Positions 7,070 to 13,043 of a DNA stretch of 13,043 bases are shown here, in pieces (positions within the stretch are counted from its first letter, which is position 1; the number at the start of each line of letters is the position of its first letter). A model generated the notes under the pieces. The model had not been told where the DNA came from. It saw only the letters and a list, made by a program, of their open reading frames with translations, and did no database searches. A program made the translations under genes and the position numbers. The stretch lies in contig JBDRKP010000088.1 in assembly GCA_043813875.1 (NCBI GenBank), forward strand, positions 1 to 13,043, given 5' to 3'. The DNA is from an archaeon. Its GTDB lineage: Archaea; EX4484-52; B79-G9.

Positions 7070-8689
7070 ATGATGAAGAACAAGCGAATAGAATATATAG
7101 GCTTCATTGTAGTCGGATTTATATGTCTTCTTATCTTCTTCTCGTTCTATTCTCTTGCTTTTCCAGAGGCTTCTGTCGATATCGGCATCACTAATCAGGA
7201 CGCCAAAGAGATTTCAAATAATTTTCTTCTATCAAGAAATTTTGACCTGGCGGGATATGAGCAGAGCGTCATTTTCAGTTCTTTCGGGGAGGCTGTGATA
7301 TATCTTGAGAAGACAATGGGTATCGAGAAGGCAAATGAGGTAATGAGAAATGATATTGATCTGTGGTTTTTTAGGACCAGGTTCTTTATGCCGCTTTTCA
7401 AGACTGAGTATTCTGTATCCGTAAGCCCAAAAGACGGAGCCATAATAGGCTTTGAACAGGATATCCTTGATGAAGATATTGGGGCGAAAATCGAACAGGA
7501 AGAAGCCAAGATGATTGCGGTTGATTTTCTTCTGGGCATGGATGTTGATTTAACGAATTTTGAGCTGATATCTTTCTCGTCTGAAGAGAGAAAGAACAGG
7601 GTTGACCATTATTTCAAGTGGGAGAAGAAAGATTATTCTGTCGCCAACGCCACTTACAGAATCGGCGTCTCTGTCTATGGAGATTATGTCGGGTATTACA
7701 AGAAGTACCTTTATGTGCCTGAAAGCTTTTCAAGAGATTATCAGAATGAGAGGTCTTATGGTGTCGTTCTTACTCTTATAAGCTATGTCTTCATGATCAT
7801 TCTTGTGATATTGTCGCTTTGGACGTTTATTGTCAATTATAAGAGAAATGAGGTCAAGATGAAGTTCGCAATCTATCTTGCAGCTATTGTGGGCGTGCTT
7901 GTGGTGGCGGATATGGTCAACTCTATGCCTCTCGTGTTTTCAAGCTATCCGACGACAATCACCAAGAGCGTGTTTTTTGCTACGCTTCTTTTGAGTACGG
8001 TCATCGGGGCGCTTATATATATGCTGATCATCGTCATGAGCGGGGCTGGCGGCGAGGTGCTAACACGCAAGGTCCTTTTGAAGAAGACGTCAGATGTTAC
8101 TGATTTCTTCAGGCATATCTTCGGACGGGATTTTGTCGGATCAACTATAAGGGGATATTCTTTGGGGTTTTTCTTTCTTGCTTATATCACGATGTTTTAT
8201 CTTGTGGGGAGGAATTTCTTTGATATATGGATTCCGGCGGATGCAGGGTATTCCAATATGCTGAATACGTTTTTGCCGTTCCTTTATCCTCTGACTATCG
8301 GGGTTCTTGCTGCGGTGAGTGAAGAGTTCCTGTTCAGGTTTTTTGCTATCCCTCTGACCAAGAAGTATACGAAGTCGATTTTTCTGGCGCTGCTTATCCC
8401 TGCGATGATCTGGGCGCTCGGGCATTCAACGTACACGGTTTTCCCGGTCTATGTGAGGGCGGTTGAGCTTACAATCGCCGGGGTGATTTTTGGCTATATG
8501 TTCGTCAAGTATGACATCATGACGGTTTTGATTGCCCATTATGTTATTGATGCTATGCTTGTCGGGATGCCGCTTCTTCGGTCGAGCAATACGTATTATT
8601 TTGTGTCAGGGATTGTTGTTGTGGGGCTGATGCTTGTGCCTGCGTTTGTTGCGGGGGTTGGATTTTTCAGGAAGAAATTATTGTCCTGA
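7070..8689 (+). CDS. CPBP (CAAX/Abi) family intramembrane glutamic endopeptidase with N-terminal extracytoplasmic domain
   Basis: Motifs EEFLFR, WALGH and HYVID in a multi-TM C-terminal half; N-terminal TM anchor. TATA-like ATATATAA at about 7039-7046 suggests a leaderless transcript. Confidence 0.88.
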   Translation: MMKNKRIEYIGFIVVGFICLLIFFSFYSLAFPEASVDIGITNQDAKEISNNFLLSRNFDLAGYEQSVIFSSFGEAVIYLEKTMGIEKANEVMRNDIDLWFFRTRFFMPLFKTEYSVSVSPKDGAIIGFEQDILDEDIGAKIEQEEAKMIAVDFLLGMDVDLTNFELISFSSEERKNRVDHYFKWEKKDYSVANATYRIGVSVYGDYVGYYKKYLYVPESFSRDYQNERSYGVVLTLISYVFMIILVILSLWTFIVNYKRNEVKMKFAIYLAAIVGVLVVADMVNSMPLVFSSYPTTITKSVFFATLLLSTVIGALIYMLIIVMSGAGGEVLTRKVLLKKTSDVTDFFRHIFGRDFVGSTIRGYSLGFFFLAYITMFYLVGRNFFDIWIPADAGYSNMLNTFLPFLYPLTIGVLAAVSEEFLFRFFAIPLTKKYTKSIFLALLIPAMIWALGHSTYTVFPVYVRAVELTIAGVIFGYMFVKYDIMTVLIAHYVIDAMLVGMPLLRSSNTYYFVSGIVVVGLMLVPAFVAGVGFFRKKLLS

Positions 8690-8749
8690 TATATGTGTGA
8701 AATCAGATATTTATTTTTCAGTGTGTAATTTATCAATGAGGTGGTTTTT

Positions 8750-9400
8750 ATGGGTGGTATATCGCCATTGCTGGTCTCGCGTAATATTGATGAGACGGTC
8801 CGGTTTTATGAGGAGAAACTTGGGTTCAAGACGACGATGAGGTTTCCTCCAGCAGGTGCTTTGGAGTTTGCAAACCTGGTTTTAGGTGAGCATATTGTCA
8901 TGTTTATCAGCCGTCCTGCAATGCTTTCTGAGTGCATGAAAAAGGGGGATAAAAAGACGCCGAAAATCTTTTCCAAAAATGTATGGGGAGTTGGTGTCAA
9001 TCTTTATTTTACGGTCATTGATGTCGATGACATGTACAAAGATGTGAAGAGCAAGAAGACCAGGATTGTCTATGACATCGAGAACAAGCAGTATGGGACA
9101 CGGGAGTTTACTATTTCTGACCCTGACGGATACCTTCTGACGTTCGCCCAGACGAAAGAGTTTCCAAAGTGCGAGTCATGCGGGATGTCGATGAGAGATA
9201 AGAAGGATTTCGGCGGCGGGAATACAGATAATAAGTATTGTGTGCATTGCACTGATACAGGCGGGAAGCTTAAGAACAAGGAGGAGATCAGGGACGGGAT
9301 GATCCAGCTTGCTATGAAGACAATGAATTTGAATTTGCAGGATGCAGTCAAGATGGTTGATGACAATATGCGTAAGATGCCTGCGTGGAAAAAGGGTTGA
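8750..9400 (+). CDS. VOC/glyoxalase-bleomycin resistance domain fused to C-terminal zinc ribbon
   Basis: FYEEKLGF and YGTREFTISDPDGYLLTF (VOC); CESCGMSM...YCVHC...MPAWK (Zn_ribbon_2-like). ATG 8750 follows GAGGTGG at 8738-8744, so the track's GTG 8741 lies inside the SD. Confidence 0.85.
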   Translation: MGGISPLLVSRNIDETVRFYEEKLGFKTTMRFPPAGALEFANLVLGEHIVMFISRPAMLSECMKKGDKKTPKIFSKNVWGVGVNLYFTVIDVDDMYKDVKSKKTRIVYDIENKQYGTREFTISDPDGYLLTFAQTKEFPKCESCGMSMRDKKDFGGGNTDNKYCVHCTDTGGKLKNKEEIRDGMIQLAMKTMNLNLQDAVKMVDDNMRKMPAWKKG

Positions 9401-10422
9401 TGACGGAATTTATGAAAGAGGCGATGTTTTATAAGGAGCTTGCAGATGATGTTGTGCAGTGCAGGCTATGCAATCATTTCTGCGCTATCAAGCCCGGAAA
9501 AAGAGGCATCTGCGGCGTCAGGGAGAATGTTTCCGGGAAACTTTTCAGCCTCGTATATGGGAAGGCTGTGAGCGAGGCGGTCGACCCGATCGAGAAGAAG
9601 CCGCTGTTCCATTTCCTGCCAGGGAGTCTGGCTTATTCTGTCGCTACTGCCGGCTGCAATTTTTCGTGCCTGTTCTGCCAGAACTCTGAGATCTCGCAGG
9701 CGCCTAAATCGGGCGGAAAGGTTGTCGGCTATGATCTAACGCCAGCCGAGATTGTCGAGCGGGCGATTGATGAGGGGTGCAGGAGCATCGCATATACTTA
9801 TACTGAGCCGACTGTTTTTTTTGAGTATGCTTATGATACGGCGGTGATTGCGCATAAGAAGGGGCTGAAGAATGTGTTTGTGTCTAACGGGTTCATGACG
9901 ACGGAGGCTATCGACAAGATACTTCCGTATCTTGATGCTATCAATGTCGATGTGAAGGGGTCGAGTGAGGTGTTCTATAAGGAGGTTGTCGGGGCGCGGC
10001 TTCAGCCTGTGCTTGATAATATAAGGTATCTGCACGATAAGGGAGTGTGGGTCGAGGTGACTACGCTTATCGTGCCGGGGCATAATGATGATGATAAGAG
10101 TCTGAAAAAGATTGGCGAGTTTGTCGCATCTGTTGATGTCAATATGCCCTGGCATGTGTCGCGGTTCTTCCCGCATTTCAGGATGAGTGATGTGGCGCCT
10201 ACTCCTGTTGATGTCCTGAAGAGGGCTTACAGGATCGGGAAGAAGGAGGGAATCAAGCATATCTATGTGGGGAATGTGCCTGGGAGCGAGTATGAGAATA
10301 CGGTATGCTCTAAGTGCGGGAAGGTTGTTGTCAAGAGAAATGGATATTATATTGAATCGATTGATGTCAAGGACGGGAAGTGCAGGTTCTGCGGGGAGAA
10401 GATTGAAGGAGTCTGGAAGTGA
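9400..10422 (+). CDS. amrS: AmmeMemoRadiSam system radical SAM enzyme
   Basis: CRLCNHFC...GICGVREN, DPIEKKPLFHFLPG, CxxxCxxC (CNFSCLFC)QN, YTYTEP and C-terminal CSKC/CRFC. Start is ATG 9400 (TGATG overlap) or ATG 9412. Confidence 0.92.
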   Translation: MTEFMKEAMFYKELADDVVQCRLCNHFCAIKPGKRGICGVRENVSGKLFSLVYGKAVSEAVDPIEKKPLFHFLPGSLAYSVATAGCNFSCLFCQNSEISQAPKSGGKVVGYDLTPAEIVERAIDEGCRSIAYTYTEPTVFFEYAYDTAVIAHKKGLKNVFVSNGFMTTEAIDKILPYLDAINVDVKGSSEVFYKEVVGARLQPVLDNIRYLHDKGVWVEVTTLIVPGHNDDDKSLKKIGEFVASVDVNMPWHVSRFFPHFRMSDVAPTPVDVLKRAYRIGKKEGIKHIYVGNVPGSEYENTVCSKCGKVVVKRNGYYIESIDVKDGKCRFCGEKIEGVWK

Positions 10423-10455
10423 AATTTTACGAAGAATGAAAATGTAGCTAAATTT

Positions 10456-10908
10456 GTGTTTTCGATTGTCATATGCGAGCTTGCAGGGGTCGTGGGAAGC
10501 ATCTTCACAATTCCGGCGCTTCCTGAATGGTATGCTGCACTTCAAAAGCCGTCTTTTGCTCCGTCCGGGACGGTCATCGGTCCTGTATGGATCATTCTCT
10601 ATTTCATGATGGGTGTGGCGCTGTATCTTGTGCTTAAGAAATATCCTGATGGAAAAATTGTAAAAACAGGGTTATTGCTTTTTGCGTTACAACTGGTATT
10701 AAATGTCTTCTGGTCTGTTGTTTTCTTCGGACTAAAGAGCCCTTTTTATGCAGTCCTTGAAATAATTTCTCTATGGTTTGCGATATTGCTTACGATATAT
10801 ATGTTCTTCAAAATCGACAGGAGGGCAGCGTACCTGCTTGTGCCTTACATAATCTGGGTCAGTTTCGCGGCGGTCCTTAATTACCAGATATGGATGCTGA
10901 ATGCATGA
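10456..10908 (+). CDS. tspO: TspO/MBR family tryptophan-rich sensory protein (start uncertain)
   Basis: WYAALQKPSFAP, GPVWIILY, QLVLNVFWSVVFFG, LLVPYIIWVSFAAVLN. The frame is open back to the amrS stop; see findings. Confidence 0.88.
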   Translation: MFSIVICELAGVVGSIFTIPALPEWYAALQKPSFAPSGTVIGPVWIILYFMMGVALYLVLKKYPDGKIVKTGLLLFALQLVLNVFWSVVFFGLKSPFYAVLEIISLWFAILLTIYMFFKIDRRAAYLLVPYIIWVSFAAVLNYQIWMLNA

Positions 10909-10940
10909 TTGAAACAAGGCTGCTCCCCTTTTGATGTTTT

Positions 10941-11102
10941 TCACAATCTCTTTCTTTTCAATAGCAGGGAGTTTGTGATGACGCTCACTGAGCTCATGGC
11001 CATTGCGCCGCCGGCTATCATGGGATTGAGGAGCCAGCCGGTAAACGGGTAGAGAACACCGGCAGCTACCGGAATGCCCAGGACAGTGTATAGTGAATTC
11101 AT
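10941..11102 (-). pseudogene. C-terminal fragment of a CopA-type P1B ATPase (last two TM helices)
   Basis: Translates [53 protein letters not shown], matching the P1B-1 C-terminal pattern GIPxAAG...LLxPxIAxxAMAxSSVSVxxNSL. Confidence 0.88.
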
Positions 11103-11201
11103 TGTGTGGGTTATTCAAAACCCTCTAAAGGTTAATTATTTTCACAATACCAATAAATATTTTGGAGTACATAATATTTCTATATCATGTGAGGTGGTTT
11201 T

Positions 11202-11720
11202 ATGGTGAAGGTTTTTCGGTGCAAGATATGCGGCGAGGGGTATATCGGCGATACTGTCCCGACGCATTGCCCTTTCTGCGGGGCGCACAAGAACAATATC
11301 GTGGTTGCGAGCGCATGGAAGTGGCCCAAGGTTCAACTGACTGATGTGTCGCGCAGGAACCTTGAGGAGGCAGTGGGTTTGGAGATATCGAATTCTGAGT
11401 TCTATTTCTGCGCTGCGAAAAAGGCGGACAATGAAGGGGACCAGACGATGTTCAAGAGGCTTGCCAAGATCGAGCGCGAGCATGCGGATACGGTTTCCAA
11501 GCTTCTTGGGACAAAGGGACCTGATATCAGTACGAGCAAGGATATATGTAATGACGAGAATTCCGATAATCTTAAGGAATCAAACGAGCGCGAGAGAAAT
11601 GCTATTGCGCATTACACCAAGTTCCTTTCGGAGGCGACTGAAGAGCGTGTGAAGGAGGTCTTTACTGCAATAATTGAGATCGAGAAGGATCATCTGTCGC
11701 TCACCGAGGGCAGGTTCTAG
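11202..11720 (+). CDS. Reverse rubrerythrin-like protein (N-terminal rubredoxin, C-terminal ferritin-like diiron domain)
   Basis: CKIC...CPFCGA, then E...EREH...E...EKDH ligands. SD GAGGTGG upstream. Confidence 0.88.
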   Translation: MVKVFRCKICGEGYIGDTVPTHCPFCGAHKNNIVVASAWKWPKVQLTDVSRRNLEEAVGLEISNSEFYFCAAKKADNEGDQTMFKRLAKIEREHADTVSKLLGTKGPDISTSKDICNDENSDNLKESNERERNAIAHYTKFLSEATEERVKEVFTAIIEIEKDHLSLTEGRF

Positions 11721-11726
11721 CTGTTC

Positions 11727-12155
11727 TTAGCCGAATATGAATGCTATCGCGATGTATCTTGCAAGCTTTCCTGTGAAGACGAAGAAGGTGAATCTCTTCA
11801 GGTCGGCGCGGATTATACCTGCAAAAAGGGTCAATGCGTCGCCGACTATCGGCAGCCACGAGAAAAACAGTATGGGCGATCCGTGCCTGTCGAAGTACTT
11901 TTTTGCTTTGTGGATATCTTTTTCTGTTATTTTTATGAGCCTTGATAGTATCGTTTTTTCACCGTAGTAGCCTACGTAGTAGTTTGTGAGGGAGCCCAGG
12001 AAGTTGCCTACTGATGCTATCAGCACGATTATGACTGCGTTGTGACCTGACCTTATCGCCAGAGCGACAACTCCTTCTGAGCCCAGCGGGAGGATTGTCG
12101 ATGCTAGGAAGCTTGTCGCAAAGACGGACGCGTATATGTAGATATCTGGTAGCAT
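11727..12155 (-). CDS. DedA/YqaA family membrane protein
   Basis: FLASTILPLGSE, GNFLGSLTNYYVG, SWLPIVGDALTLFAG, GKLARY. Confidence 0.9.
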   Translation of the reverse strand: MLPDIYIYASVFATSFLASTILPLGSEGVVALAIRSGHNAVIIVLIASVGNFLGSLTNYYVGYYGEKTILSRLIKITEKDIHKAKKYFDRHGSPILFFSWLPIVGDALTLFAGIIRADLKRFTFFVFTGKLARYIAIAFIFG

Positions 12156-12245
12156 CTGTTAAGACCGAGATATATTTGTGTTGCATTTATTAATAATTCA
12201 ACTGTCAATATAGATGGTATAACTGTTATTTTATCGAGGGATCGT

Positions 12246-12761
12246 ATGCCATTTACACCTTTTCATCTGGGACCTGCATTGCTTTTCGGGATGATTTTTT
12301 TCAGGTTTGTTAATATTCCGGCTTTTATTGTTGGCAGTATTGTTGTTGATGTCGAGCCTTTTTTTGTAATCCTTTTCGGGCTTTCATATCCTTTGCACGG
12401 GTTCTTTCATTCAATTCTTGGCGGAAGTATTGCCGCACTTGCTGTTGTTTTTGTGGTGATGAAGATTAATGGGACGATCAAGAAGGCTATGAAGCATCTT
12501 TGGCTGAAGCAGGAGAACTCTTCAAGAAGCGTATTGATAGGCTCTTTTTTGGGAGTTTATTTCCATATCTTTCTTGATTCGTTTCTTTATGCTGATATCA
12601 GGCCATTTTTTCCGCTTGATGCCAATCCGCTTTATGGGCTGGTCTTGTCTGGAAGTGTTTATTCTTTTTGTGTGATTGCGCTTGTTTTCGGGATTATTTT
12701 ATATGGAATCCTGTTAATTAAGAAATCGGCTTCAACTATTGAATGTATTATCCCGAAATAA
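12246..12761 (+). CDS. Putative membrane-bound metal-dependent hydrolase (YdjM/DUF4184-like)
   Basis: MPFTPFH, VDVEP, LHGFFHS, HIFLDS and PFFP motifs. The last codons appear to be IS-derived. Confidence 0.75.
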   Translation: MPFTPFHLGPALLFGMIFFRFVNIPAFIVGSIVVDVEPFFVILFGLSYPLHGFFHSILGGSIAALAVVFVVMKINGTIKKAMKHLWLKQENSSRSVLIGSFLGVYFHIFLDSFLYADIRPFFPLDANPLYGLVLSGSVYSFCVIALVFGIILYGILLIKKSASTIECIIPK

Positions 12762-13043
12762 TTTCCACCCCCCTATAGAGTACATGAGCAAACTAAACAA
12801 AAAGAAAATCCGGTGGATAATAAAACAAAAAGCAGAGGGTACATTAACAAACAGGGAAATTGCATTCCCTGAGAAAATCAGCATCCGAAGAATAAATCAG
12901 ATCTACGCTGAATACAAAAGAACAGGTATAATGCCCGCATTAAGGAAGCAAGGACGAAAACCAAAACCCCTTAGCGAAGAACATAAGAAAATAGTTGATG
13001 AAGCGCACAAAGAATACAAAGTCGGTCCTCTCGGCTTGGAAAA
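12744..13043 (+). mobile_element. IS481-family-like element, left part (truncated by window end)
   Basis: Begins TGTATTATCCCGAAATAATTTCC (TGT terminus typical of IS481), 40 nt before a HTH transposase-like ORF, with an abrupt switch from T-rich to A-rich composition. The right end is not visible. Confidence 0.65.
12784..13043 (+). CDS. Transposase N-terminus (HTH), IS481-like, partial
   Basis: Open to the window end: MSKLNKKKIRWIIKQKAEGTLTNREIAFPEKISIRRINQIYAEYKRTGIMPALRKQGRKPKPLSEEHKKIVDEAHKEYKVGPLGLE. HTH followed by a GRKP linker. Confidence 0.78.
   Translation, partial: MSKLNKKKIRWIIKQKAEGTLTNREIAFPEKISIRRINQIYAEYKRTGIMPALRKQGRKPKPLSEEHKKIVDEAHKEYKVGPLGLE

Noticed and set aside
10420..10422. 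Genome-wide UGA recoding or selenocysteine
   Set aside because: Several other genes (HAD, primase, CPBP, VOC, tspO) end at TGA at expected lengths, and no SECIS-like element was recognised.
9736..10545. 269-aa minus-strand ORF
   Set aside because: Antisense shadow of amrS with no recognisable motifs.
10909..11120. GC-rich intergenic stretch as an ncRNA, and ORF 10771..11118
   Set aside because: The stretch is explained by the CopA fragment in another minus-strand frame.
78..12186. Remaining short overlapping ORFs in the track (e.g. 375..851, 4470..4811, 4812..5204, 6305..6835, 11142..11483)
   Set aside because: Each overlaps a well-supported gene in another frame or strand and lacks motifs or initiation signals.
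1..13043. Whole window as a composite transposon
   Set aside because: The two flanking IS elements belong to different families and have unrelated ends.
1..13043. CRISPR array, tRNA or rRNA genes
   Set aside because: No regularly spaced repeats or recognisable structural RNA sequences were seen in the intergenic regions.

Overview
Archaeal-looking chromosomal segment (TATA boxes about 25-35 nt upstream of starts, GAGGTG Shine-Dalgarno motifs, an AEP/PriS-like primase). It runs from a complete IS701-family element (1-1128, perfect 16-bp TIRs) to the left end of an IS481-like element (from 12744). The AT-rich left block (about 1-2800) holds a 2H-phosphoesterase/calcineurin-like phosphoesterase fusion whose start was cut off by the IS, a cluster of hairpins, and a small membrane protein. 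The more GC-rich remainder encodes a SerB/ThrH-like HAD hydrolase, a SAM methyltransferase, RNase HIII, a divergent Cys-rich PriS-like primase, a CmpX-like TM protein, a CPBP protease, a VOC/Zn-ribbon fusion, AmrS radical SAM, TspO, reverse rubrerythrin, DedA/YqaA and a membrane hydrolase. Items absent from the ORF track: a 24-aa MGCSCGCG microprotein with its own TATA box and SD between RNase HIII and the primase, a 53-codon CopA C-terminal remnant, a 1-nt frame anomaly at the amrS/tspO junction, and the partial IS481 transposase. All family calls come from motif recognition by eye; no database search was run.
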